A DNA stretch of 32,000 bases, from assembly GCA_004284765.1 (NCBI GenBank), contig NQJD01000004.1, positions 90,263 to 122,262 on the forward strand, read 5' to 3'. This document shows positions 9,691 to 16,930 of this stretch, in pieces. Below the pieces are notes generated by a model. That model ran no database searches. It was given only the letters and a program-made list of their open reading frames with translations, and had not been told where the DNA came from. The number at the start of each line of letters is the position of its first letter. Position 1 is the first letter of the stretch. The translations under genes and the position numbers were made by a program. This DNA comes from Candidatus Electronema aureum. GTDB lineage: Bacteria; Desulfobacterota; Desulfobulbia; Desulfobulbales; Desulfobulbaceae.

Positions 9691-9888
9691 ATGCACATAA
9701 CCCTGAACGGCCAGTTCACGGCAACCGCCGCCCTCACCTTGCTTGACATGATCAATGAGCAAGGCTTTGTGCCGGATGCCGTGATTGCTGAAGTCAATTT
9801 CGAGCTGATTAAAAGAGACCGCTGGCAGCAGCACCTACTCCACGAAGGAGATACGGTGGAGCTGCTCAGTTTTGTAGGAGGAGGCTGA
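9691..9888 (+). CDS. thiS: Sulfur carrier protein ThiS
   Basis: 65 aa ending in GG (..ELLSFVGGG). It is followed directly by thiG and lies downstream of the TPP riboswitch. Confidence 0.9.
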   Translation: MHITLNGQFTATAALTLLDMINEQGFVPDAVIAEVNFELIKRDRWQQHLLHEGDTVELLSFVGGG

Positions 9889-9889
9889 A

Positions 9890-10681
9890 ATGGATGCAAC
9901 AATGAACGCGGCAGACGATGCGCTGCTGCTCGGCGGGGTGCGCTTTGCCAGCCGCCTGCTCACCGGCACGGGCAAGTTTGCCTCGCACGACCTGATTGCC
10001 CCGATGCTCGCGGCCAGCGGCTCGGAGCTGATTACAGTGGCCTTGCGCCGGGTTGACCCCAAGGCAGGCGAGCAGGATATCCTGCGCTACATCCCGCCTT
10101 CGGTGCGGATATTGCCCAACACCTCTGGCGCGCGAACCGCCGAGGAAGCGGTGCGCATCGCTCGGCTGGCGCGGGCGGCAGGTTGCGGCGACTTCATCAA
10201 GATTGAGGTGATCACCGACAACAAATACCTGCTGCCGGACAACGCCGAAACCCTGCGCGCCACTGAAATCCTTGCCAAAGAAGGCTTCATTGTCTTGCCC
10301 TACATGTTCCCTGATCTAACCGTGAGCAGGCAGTTGCACGATGCGGGCGCGGCGGCGGTAATGCCGCTCGGCTCGCCCATCGGCAGCAACCGGGGCTTGG
10401 AGATGAAGGCCATGATCCGGCGGATGATCGAAACCAGCAAGCTGCCGGTGATTGTCGATGCAGGCATCGGCAAGCCCTCGCAGGCGGCGGAGGCAATGGA
10501 GATCGGTGCGGTAGCGGTGCTGGTCAACACCGCCATCGCCACCAGTAGCGACCCGGTCATGGCTGGCCGTGCCTTTGGCCTCGCGGTGCAAGCCGGGCGG
10601 CTGGCGCGATTAGCACAGCTAGCCGGGGAGAAAGACTACGCCGAAGCCTCCTCGCCCCTGACCGGCTTTCTGCGAGCATAA
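9890..10681 (+). CDS. thiG: Thiazole synthase ThiG
   Basis: 263 aa with typical ThiG segments: [32 protein letters not shown]...[17 protein letters not shown] and [10 protein letters not shown]. The GGAGGAGG Shine-Dalgarno sequence lies inside the end of thiS. Confidence 0.95.
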   Translation: MDATMNAADDALLLGGVRFASRLLTGTGKFASHDLIAPMLAASGSELITVALRRVDPKAGEQDILRYIPPSVRILPNTSGARTAEEAVRIARLARAAGCGDFIKIEVITDNKYLLPDNAETLRATEILAKEGFIVLPYMFPDLTVSRQLHDAGAAAVMPLGSPIGSNRGLEMKAMIRRMIETSKLPVIVDAGIGKPSQAAEAMEIGAVAVLVNTAIATSSDPVMAGRAFGLAVQAGRLARLAQLAGEKDYAEASSPLTGFLRA

Positions 10682-10683
10682 GC

Positions 10684-11796
10684 ATGTCCTTCCTCAACGT
10701 TGTCCTTGCCTTAGAATCCTTTGATTTCGATGCCAGCCTGCACGCCATTACTGCTGCCGACGTAGAGCGCACGCTGTCCCGCGACGAGCAGCTTGACCGC
10801 CGCGACCTGCTCCACTTGCTCGCCCCGGCAGCGCAGCCGTATCTGGAGGAAATGGCCCAGAAAGCGCATCGTCTGACCTTGCAGCACTTCGGCAAGGTGA
10901 TCGGCCTGTATGCACCGCTGTATATCTCGGATTACTGTGCGAACTCATGCACCTACTGCGGCTTCCATGTGGGCGTTGACTTTCCCCGCACCAAGCTGAC
11001 GCTGGCTGAGATCGAGCAGGAAGCAGCAGCCATCGCCGCCACCGGAATCCGGCACATCCTTGTCTTGACTGGCGAAGCCCCGGCCCAGACTCCGCTGTCC
11101 TATCTGGCCGAGGCAGTGCATCGGCTGCGGGCGCATTTCTCGTCCATCGCCTTGGAGATTTTCCCGCTCGATGAGGCCGAATACCGCATCCTGCGCGAGG
11201 CCGGAGCCGATTCGCTGACCGTCTATCAAGAGGTCTATGACCGCGCCATCTATCAGGAAGTGCATCCGGCAGGACGGAAAGCGGATTACGTCTGGCGTGT
11301 GCAAACCCCGGAGCGCGGCGCACGGGCAGGCTTCCGGGCGTTGAACTTAGGGCCGCTCTTTGGCCTTGGCCAACCCCGCCGCGAGGCATGGCTGGCCGCG
11401 CTCCACGCCCGCTGGCTGGAGGAGGAGTTCCCGGATGTGGAAGTCTCGCTCTCCTTGCCGCGCATGACCAAAGCAGCGGGCGCCATTGCCCCGCGCTCGC
11501 TGATGTCGGACAGCGAGTTCGTCCAATTCATGCTGGCGTGGCGGCTGTTTATGCCACGGCTCGGCATCACCATCTCCACCCGCGAGGCCCCCGCGTTCCG
11601 TGACCGGCTGGTCCAGCTTGGCGCAACCCGCTTCTCCTGTGGCTCGAAGACTGGCGTGGGCGGCTACGCGGTCAGGAAGCAGGACGAAGCCCCGGTGCAG
11701 TTCGCCGTGACCGATAACCGCAGCGTCGAGGAAGTGGCAGCGATGCTCCGCCGGAGCGGTTATCAGCCGATTTTCAAGGACTGGGAGCTGGTGTGA
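10684..11796 (+). CDS. thiH: 2-iminoacetate synthase ThiH (radical SAM)
   Basis: 370 aa with the radical-SAM cluster motif CANSCTYCGF. It starts 2 nt after thiG. Confidence 0.93.
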   Translation: MSFLNVVLALESFDFDASLHAITAADVERTLSRDEQLDRRDLLHLLAPAAQPYLEEMAQKAHRLTLQHFGKVIGLYAPLYISDYCANSCTYCGFHVGVDFPRTKLTLAEIEQEAAAIAATGIRHILVLTGEAPAQTPLSYLAEAVHRLRAHFSSIALEIFPLDEAEYRILREAGADSLTVYQEVYDRAIYQEVHPAGRKADYVWRVQTPERGARAGFRALNLGPLFGLGQPRREAWLAALHARWLEEEFPDVEVSLSLPRMTKAAGAIAPRSLMSDSEFVQFMLAWRLFMPRLGITISTREAPAFRDRLVQLGATRFSCGSKTGVGGYAVRKQDEAPVQFAVTDNRSVEEVAAMLRRSGYQPIFKDWELV

Positions 11797-11797
11797 T

Positions 11798-11912
11798 CGT
11801 GATACGTATGATGCCGCTGTCGTGATAGGTATCACGACGATGCCATGATACGTATGATGATTTTGCCGTGATACTCGATGCGGCAGATTCGGGATACGTA
11901 TCCTTTTTGGGG
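11798..11912 (+). repeat. Tandem array A: five 23-nt units with a near-palindromic GATACGTATGATG core
   Basis: Units read in register: cgtgatacgtatgatgccgctgt / cgtgataggtatcacgacgatgc / catgatacgtatgatgattttgc / cgtgatactcgatgcggcagatt / cgggatacgtatcctttttgggg. The array starts 2 nt after the thiH stop. It contains a perfect 9+9 inverted repeat GTCGTGATAggTATCACGAC, and the palindrome GGATACGTATCC followed by TTTTT. Confidence 0.85.
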
Positions 11913-11924
11913 ATGGATGGGTGT

Positions 11925-11949
11925 GCGGGCGAATCTTGTATTCGCCCGC
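11925..11949. repeat. Single REP-like hairpin, copy 2
   Basis: GCGGGCGAATcttgtATTCGCCCGC has a 10-bp stem. The cttgt loop is the same as in the REP hairpins at 9581-9601 and 12943-12965. Confidence 0.7.
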
Positions 11950-12083
11950 CTTGTTGCCTGCAACCACCAAGCGATCGGTATGGGAAGAGGGATTGCGCGA
12001 AAGAGAATATTGTCTGAGAACGGATAGTTAAGGATTTAGAGATGGTGTAAGAAGTACGATATTCCGCATATGAGGCTGTTTCT

Positions 12084-12689
12084 ATGAATATTTTTACGGC
12101 AGCAGTGACAGGATTTACCATTGTGGTCAAGAAAGTCGGGATTGTCTTCAAAGCAGTCCTGACCGGGATACGAATTCTGATCACACATATCATCATTTTC
12201 GTTGTCCGTGCAATAGAAGCGATTGTTGATGCCTTTCTATCATTCTTGAAGTTAGTTTGGACGCAGATAGTCAAAGTCGTCAATTGGCTCTTCAGAATGT
12301 ACTTATCAGAGTCAGGTATCGTTTCTTTGGCTCAGGAATCAGTTAGCTTCGCAATCAGGCTGCGCTGGGGCGTTGTAATAATCTCTGGTTTGTATGCGAT
12401 TTATAAATATTTTGGCGTAACTTATTTACTACTGGCAGTTGTTGTTTGTTGTGCATTGATTTTAATTGGCTATTCAGAAGCAAAAAAAGAGGAGGAGAAA
12501 TGGAATTCTATTATAGATAGAATCAATGAAGTTATTGCACGTTATTCAAGATATACAATTCGTTGTGCTATCCTTCTGTTCTCAGCTTATATTTTGTACA
12601 TGCAGATTCCATTGAAAGGCTACAATAGCCAGACAATAATGGAAAAATATATTGATCAGCAGCGCACAGAGAATGCAATACAACCCTGA
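12084..12689 (+). CDS. Hypothetical membrane protein (AT-rich orphan)
   Basis: 201-aa ORF with several hydrophobic/amphipathic segments (IVFKAVLTGIRILITHIIIFVV, VVIISGLYAIYKYFGVTYLLLAVVVCCALILIGY, CAILLFSAYILYM). GAGG lies about 9 nt upstream of the ATG. I recognise no family. AT-rich relative to the thi genes. Confidence 0.55.
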   Translation: MNIFTAAVTGFTIVVKKVGIVFKAVLTGIRILITHIIIFVVRAIEAIVDAFLSFLKLVWTQIVKVVNWLFRMYLSESGIVSLAQESVSFAIRLRWGVVIISGLYAIYKYFGVTYLLLAVVVCCALILIGYSEAKKEEEKWNSIIDRINEVIARYSRYTIRCAILLFSAYILYMQIPLKGYNSQTIMEKYIDQQRTENAIQP

Positions 12690-13269
12690 CATTCATCATC
12701 GCCGCTCGATCCGCTTGCAGGGATATGATTATTCTCAGGATGGCGCATATTTCATCACCATCTGCGTTCAAGGCAGGGAATGTCTGTTCGGGGATATTGC
12801 AGAAGGAGGGATGCGGATGAATGAGGCGGGGAAGATGATTCTTCAGATATGGAATGAATTGCCGCAGCGTTTCAGCAATGCGGAGATAGATATTCTTGCG
12901 GTCATGCCAAATCATCTGCACGGAATTATATTCTTGCACCGTAGGGGCGAACCTTGTGTTCGCCCTGCATCACATTGTATTTCCTCCTTGCCATCAAACA
13001 CCAAGGGCGATCATAAAGATCGCCCCTACGGAACCTTGCCTGATTCCATAGGCCGTCTTGTCCAAGCATTCAAATCCATCACCACCAATCAATATATCCA
13101 CGGCGTGAAGAAACAGGGATGGAGACCATTTCCCGGCAGGCTTTGGCAGCGCAATTATTGGGAACATATCATCTGTGATGAAACGGAATTGGAGAAAACC
13201 CGTGAATATGTCCAGAATAATCCGGCTCAATGGGCACTGGATGAATTGAATCCCTTTTACGCGCCATGA
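12673..13269 (+). CDS. IS200/IS605-like Y1 (HUH) transposase of the REP-associated (RAYT) type
   Basis: MQYNPDIHHRRSIRLQGYDYSQDGAYFITIC..., HUH motif in MPNHLHGII, and a catalytic-Tyr helix in LWQRNYWEHII..REYVQNNP. The start is taken at ATG 12673. The track start at 12652 adds 7 residues that are atypical for this family. Confidence 0.85.
   Translation: MQYNPDIHHRRSIRLQGYDYSQDGAYFITICVQGRECLFGDIAEGGMRMNEAGKMILQIWNELPQRFSNAEIDILAVMPNHLHGIIFLHRRGEPCVRPASHCISSLPSNTKGDHKDRPYGTLPDSIGRLVQAFKSITTNQYIHGVKKQGWRPFPGRLWQRNYWEHIICDETELEKTREYVQNNPAQWALDELNPFYAP
12939..13031. repeat. REP-like hairpin doublet, copy 3, inside the RAYT coding sequence
   Basis: CCGTAGGGGCGAACcttgtGTTCGCCC, 37-nt spacer, GGGCGATCataaaGATCGCCCCTACGG. 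It is translated in frame as ..HRRGEPCVRP...GDHKDRPYG.. between the HUH motif and the Tyr helix. Confidence 0.8.
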
Positions 13270-13775
13270 CCGCCGCCGAACTCATCCGTCTCCTGAAGCT
13301 GGAGCCGCACCCGCTGGAAGGCGGCTATTTCCGCCGCATTTACGAATCATCCCTGCGCTGCGACTGCGGCTATGGCAGCAGGCCGCTGCTGACTTCGATC
13401 TACTACCTGCTCACGCAGGAAAGCCCGGTCGGGTTGCTGCATAAGAACAGATCAGATATCCTGCATTATCATCAGCGCGGCGCGGCTGTCAAATACATCA
13501 TGATATCCCCGGAGGGCAGTCTGTCAGAGCACATCCTCGGCCCGGACATTCAGCATGGCGAGACCCTGCAATTGCTGGTTCCGGGCGGCTGGTGGAAAGC
13601 GTCGCGGCTCTGCGAGGGTGAATATGCTTTGATCAGCGAGGCGGTCGCGCCGGGTTTCGACTATGCGGACAATGAGATTGCGACGGAGGAGATGGTGCAG
13701 CGGAATTACTCAGAGATGCTTGATGTGCTGAACAGGTGTATCAGGCAGAGACCTTCTGAGGATGCAGATTTATGA
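13266..13775 (+). CDS. Cupin-fold protein, DUF985 family
   Basis: 169 aa. LKLEPHPLEGGYFRRIYES, TSIYYLL, LHYH, LQLLVPGGWWKA and ISEAVAPGFDYADNEI match the DUF985 (cupin_5) pattern. Its ATG overlaps the RAYT stop (ATGA). Confidence 0.8.
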   Translation: MTAAELIRLLKLEPHPLEGGYFRRIYESSLRCDCGYGSRPLLTSIYYLLTQESPVGLLHKNRSDILHYHQRGAAVKYIMISPEGSLSEHILGPDIQHGETLQLLVPGGWWKASRLCEGEYALISEAVAPGFDYADNEIATEEMVQRNYSEMLDVLNRCIRQRPSEDADL

Positions 13776-14032
13776 GCAGCATACACGACAAGTTGAAGCA
13801 ATTCAAAAACAACCCGAACGACGTGAAGTTTACGGAACTCTGCAAGGTCTGCGAGTTCTATTTCGGCAAACCGCGTCAGTCCGGCTCCAGCCATACAGTG
13901 TACAAAACCCCTTGGCAAGGCGATCCCCGTGTCAATATCCAGAATGACAAGGGCAAGGCAAAGGCGTATCAGGTGAAGCAGGTTCTCAAAGCTGTCGAGC
14001 GATTGGAGGTGGAGCATGGCGCTCAAGAATGA
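13772..14032 (+). CDS. hicA: HicA-family toxin (mRNA interferase)
   Basis: 86 aa. The segment KPRQSGSSHTVYKTPWQGDPRVNIQNDKGKAKAYQVKQVLKAV fits the long HicA variant (G-S-H...Y core). Its ATG overlaps the cupin stop (ATGA). It sits upstream of hicB, the usual order. Confidence 0.7.
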   Translation: MSSIHDKLKQFKNNPNDVKFTELCKVCEFYFGKPRQSGSSHTVYKTPWQGDPRVNIQNDKGKAKAYQVKQVLKAVERLEVEHGAQE

Positions 14033-14314
14033 TCATTACACCTACCGGGTGACGTGGTCGGAAGATGACAACGAATATGTCGGGCTGTGCGCGGAGTTTC
14101 CAAGCCTGAGCTGGCTGGCAAAGACGCACGAGGCCGCGTTGAAAGGCATTCGGCAGGCGGTGGCAGAAGTCATTCAGGATATGCGGGAAAACAACGAGCT
14201 GGTTCCAGAGCCTATCGCTGTGAAGCAGTTCAGCGGCATCGTGATCTTGCCCTGAAAGCGGCGGAAACAGGTGTCAGCCTGAACCGGCTTGCCAGCTCCA
14301 AATTAAGCAGATGA
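14016..14314 (+). pseudogene. hicB: HicB-family antitoxin with the C-terminal RHH domain out of frame (frameshifted or internally deleted)
   Basis: Frame 1 (14016-14255) gives the HicB N-domain: YTYRVTWSEDDNEYVGLCAEFPSLSWLAKTHEAALKGIRQAVAEVIQDMRENNELVPEPIAVKQFSG, then IVILP-stop. A second frame reads HRDLALKAAETGVSLNRLASSKLSR-stop from 14237 to 14314, which is the usual ribbon-helix-helix tail. The segment normally between FSG and LHR (K-F-x-x-R-x-P-x-x-L) is absent. Confidence 0.65.
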
Positions 14315-14328
14315 GGTGATGAGTAATC

Positions 14329-15369
14329 ATGAACGAATCCAGACTCCTTGACGCGAACATCAACCGCGCTGCCGAAGGGCTGCGGGTTTTGGAAGACATC
14401 GCCCGTTTCGCCTTTGACCGGCAGGAGCTTTCTGCCGAACTGCGCGGCCTGCGTCATACGGTGCGCGACCTCTTCAAAGGCCGAGAGAACAGCCTGCTGG
14501 CTGCCCGCAACGCAGCGGACGATGTGGGCAAAACCACCTCCGGGCAAAGCGCGAGCGACCAGCGCCGCAATCTGCGTGACACGGCCCAGGCCAACTTCAA
14601 GCGGGTGCAGGAGGCAGCCAGAACCTTGGAGGAAGTCCTCAAGGCGCAGGGCGAATACGCTGCGGGCAAGCGGCTGGAGCAGCTGCGCTTTCAGCTCTAT
14701 GAGCTGGAGCCGCGTTTCCTGCCGCTCTTCCAGCGCACGCTGCCTGCGGGGATATACGGCATCCTCGGCGAAAAGTTCTCCCTTGGCCGCAGCAACGCGG
14801 ACGTGGCCCAGCAGATGACCGATGCCGGAGTGCGAATCATTCAGTACCGGGAAAAGCTGAAGGACAAGAGCATCAGGGCGATTTACGAGGAATGCCTGAG
14901 CATCCGCCGCATCACCGCAGACGCGGGCGCACTCTTCATTATCAATGATTATGCTGAGATTGCCCTGATGGTCGGCGCGGACGGCGTGCATCAGGGGCAG
15001 GATGATCTGCCGGTGAGCGAGCTGCGCCGAATTGCGCCGGGCCTGCTCATTGGTTGCTCAACGCACAGCCCGGAGCAGGCGGAACAGGCGGTGCGCGACG
15101 GGGCAGACTACATCGGCGTGGGGCCAATCTTCAGCACCCAGACCAAAGAGGATGTCTGCGCCCCGGTTGGGCTGAATTATCTCGACTACGTGGCAAAAAA
15201 CATTCATATTCCCTTTGTCGCCATTGGCGGCATCAAACGGGAGACCCTGCCGCAGGTGCTGGCGCACGGCGCGAAGACCGTCTGCTTGGTCACAGAGATC
15301 ATCGGCGCGGAAGACATCGGGCAGCGGGTCAGGGAGATTCAACAAATTATGGCAGCAGCGCAACCATGA
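14329..15369 (+). CDS. thiE: Thiamine-phosphate synthase ThiE with an N-terminal extension of about 135 aa
   Basis: The C-terminal 210 aa (GIYGILG...IQYREK...FIINDYAEIALMVGADGVHQGQDDLP...IGCSTHS...ADYIGVGPIFSTQTK...FVAIGGI) is a canonical TMP-TENI fold. The N-terminal helical domain (MNESRLLDANINRAAEGLRVLEDIARF...) is unassigned by me. GAGGTGA lies 9 nt before the ATG. Confidence 0.9.
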   Translation: MNESRLLDANINRAAEGLRVLEDIARFAFDRQELSAELRGLRHTVRDLFKGRENSLLAARNAADDVGKTTSGQSASDQRRNLRDTAQANFKRVQEAARTLEEVLKAQGEYAAGKRLEQLRFQLYELEPRFLPLFQRTLPAGIYGILGEKFSLGRSNADVAQQMTDAGVRIIQYREKLKDKSIRAIYEECLSIRRITADAGALFIINDYAEIALMVGADGVHQGQDDLPVSELRRIAPGLLIGCSTHSPEQAEQAVRDGADYIGVGPIFSTQTKEDVCAPVGLNYLDYVAKNIHIPFVAIGGIKRETLPQVLAHGAKTVCLVTEIIGAEDIGQRVREIQQIMAAAQP

Positions 15370-15387
15370 GCCTGCGTTGCCTGCGAC

Positions 15388-15502
15388 GATCATAACGCTT
15401 ATGTCCCTCCGACTATAGTGCTTATGTCAGTCGGACATACGTGCTTATGTCGCTCTGACCTAAGCGTTATAGTCCGACCGACATACGTGCTCTGGCAATA
15501 TG
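15388..15502 (+). repeat. Tandem array B: five 23-nt units related to array A
   Basis: Units: gatcataacgcttatgtccctcc / gactatagtgcttatgtcagtcg / gacatacgtgcttatgtcgctct / gacctaagcgttatagtccgacc / gacatacgtgctctggcaatatg. Each has an internal small inverted repeat GACATA-N6-TATGTC. The array lies between the thiE stop (15369) and the thiC Shine-Dalgarno/ATG (15524). Confidence 0.85.
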
Positions 15503-15523
15503 GGACTAACTTCAGGAGAACAA

Positions 15524-16807
15524 ATGACACAAACATACACCACCCAGATGGACGCGGCCCGCAAAGGCATCATCACCCCGCAGATGCGCGAGGTCTTGGC
15601 CAATGAGGTTATCTCTGAACAGCTTTTGCTGGAGCGGGTGGCGCAGGGACGCATTGCCATCCCGGCCAATAAGCACCACCACAATCTCAAGGCAGCCGGG
15701 GTTGGTCAGGGTTTGAAAACCAAGATCAACGTCAATCTGGGCGTGTCCAAGGATGTCTGCTCCTTCGAGGGCGAGATGAACAAGGCTCGCTTGTCGCTCA
15801 AATACAAGGCTGATGCGATCATGGACTTGAGCGTCTCCGGCGACACCGAAGGCTTCCGCAAGCGACTGGTGGCGGAAGTGCCGGTGATGATCGGCACGGT
15901 GCCGATCTACGACACCATTACCCGTACTGGCAAGCCCACAGAACAGATCACGGTGGAGGACTGGTTTGAGACGGTGCGCATTCACGCTGAGAACGGCATA
16001 GATTTCATCACCATCCATGCGGGATTGAACCAGAAATGCGCCAGCAGTCTGCGCCTCAACAAACGGCTTTGCGGTATTGTCAGCAGAGGCGGAGCGATTC
16101 TGTATGAATGGATGGCGAAGACTGGTCAGGAGAATCCCTTCTACGAATACTTTGACCGACTCTTGGACATTTGCGAGCAGCACGATGTCTGCATCAGCCT
16201 TGGCGACGGTCTCCGGCCTGGCGCGATCAAGGATTCGACCGATGCGCCGCAGATCGAGGAGCTGATCACGCTCGGCGAGCTGACCAAGCGGGCTTGGGCG
16301 CACAACGTGCAGGTGATGATCGAGGGGCCGGGCCATGTTCCCCTGCACGAGGTGGAGATGAACATGAAGCTGCAAAAGAAGCTCTGTCACCACGCGCCGT
16401 TCTATGTGCTCGGCCCGCTGGTCACGGACATCGCGCCGGGTTATGATCACATAACCTCAGCCATCGGCGGCGCGCTGGCTGCCATGCACGGGGCGGATTT
16501 CCTCTGCTACGTCACGCCGGCGGAACACCTGCGCCTGCCTTCCGCTGACGACGTGAAGGAGGGCATCATCGCCTCCAAGATCGCTGCTCATGCGGGCGAC
16601 TTGGCCAAAGGCATTCCCGGCGCGGCGGACTTGGATCACGCGATGAGCGCGGCACGAGGCAGCTTGAATTGGGAAGGCCAGTTCAACCTTGCCCTTGACC
16701 CGGAGAAAGCGCGGGCCTACCGCGCCTCCTCTGAACCTGCGGACAAAGGCGTTTGCACCATGTGCGGCGACTTCTGCTCGATGAAGCGGCTGAAGGGGCT
16801 GCTGTAA
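15524..16807 (+). CDS. thiC: Phosphomethylpyrimidine synthase ThiC
   Basis: [21 protein letters not shown]... and a C-terminal [11 protein letters not shown] cluster motif. AGGAGA lies 6 nt upstream of ATG 15524, so the track start at 15500 is less likely. Confidence 0.95.
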   Translation: MTQTYTTQMDAARKGIITPQMREVLANEVISEQLLLERVAQGRIAIPANKHHHNLKAAGVGQGLKTKINVNLGVSKDVCSFEGEMNKARLSLKYKADAIMDLSVSGDTEGFRKRLVAEVPVMIGTVPIYDTITRTGKPTEQITVEDWFETVRIHAENGIDFITIHAGLNQKCASSLRLNKRLCGIVSRGGAILYEWMAKTGQENPFYEYFDRLLDICEQHDVCISLGDGLRPGAIKDSTDAPQIEELITLGELTKRAWAHNVQVMIEGPGHVPLHEVEMNMKLQKKLCHHAPFYVLGPLVTDIAPGYDHITSAIGGALAAMHGADFLCYVTPAEHLRLPSADDVKEGIIASKIAAHAGDLAKGIPGAADLDHAMSAARGSLNWEGQFNLALDPEKARAYRASSEPADKGVCTMCGDFCSMKRLKGLL

Positions 16808-16861
16808 AATCGTCTTGCTCTTCGCATTTGTTGCATAATTTGGAGAGCAAGGCAATTCATC

Positions 16862-16889
16862 TTGTGAAAGCAGGGGCAGGGGGTATAAT
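16862..16889 (+). promoter_or_regulatory. Possible sigma70-type promoter for the PDT-TyrA gene
   Basis: TTGTGA (16862-16867), 16-nt spacer, TATAAT (16884-16889), about 40 nt before the ATG at 16931. Match found by eye only. Confidence 0.4.
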
Positions 16890-16930
16890 GGCAGAAAACT
16901 TCAACTTCGTTCGCCTCCTGACTCTGCATC

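Noticed and set aside
10748-12283. Minus-strand ORFs 10748-11389, 11347-11970 and 11774-12283
   Set aside because: The first two are antisense to thiH. The third spans the repeat array and is antisense to the membrane-protein ORF. None has a Shine-Dalgarno sequence or any family resemblance.
11798-15502. The 23-nt arrays as a CRISPR array
   Set aside because: The units are contiguous with no unique spacers. They are much shorter than repeat-plus-spacer periods, and no cas genes are present.
11798-15502. The 23-nt arrays as plasmid-type iterons/oriV or as Tn7/Mu-like transposon ends
   Set aside because: Five phased direct repeats resemble iterons, but there is no rep gene, AT-rich unwinding element or DnaA-box cluster nearby. 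The two arrays are in direct rather than inverted orientation, and no matching transposase is present, so they do not look like transposon ends.
15370-15523. A second TPP riboswitch in front of thiC
   Set aside because: I searched both strands for the CUGAGA / ACCUGAU / GUAGGGA blocks and found none. The spacer is filled by tandem array B instead.
14230-16450. Long antisense ORFs inside thiE and thiC (14230-14991, 15512-16450)
   Set aside because: These are shadow ORFs typical of GC-rich coding DNA. They lie opposite genes with unambiguous homology, have no recognisable motifs and are rich in Arg, Ala and Leu.
16813-16850. Hairpin CTTGCTCT-N22-AGAGCAAG after thiC as an intrinsic terminator
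   Set aside because: It has only an 8-bp stem, a 22-nt loop and no following U-tract. That is too weak to call.
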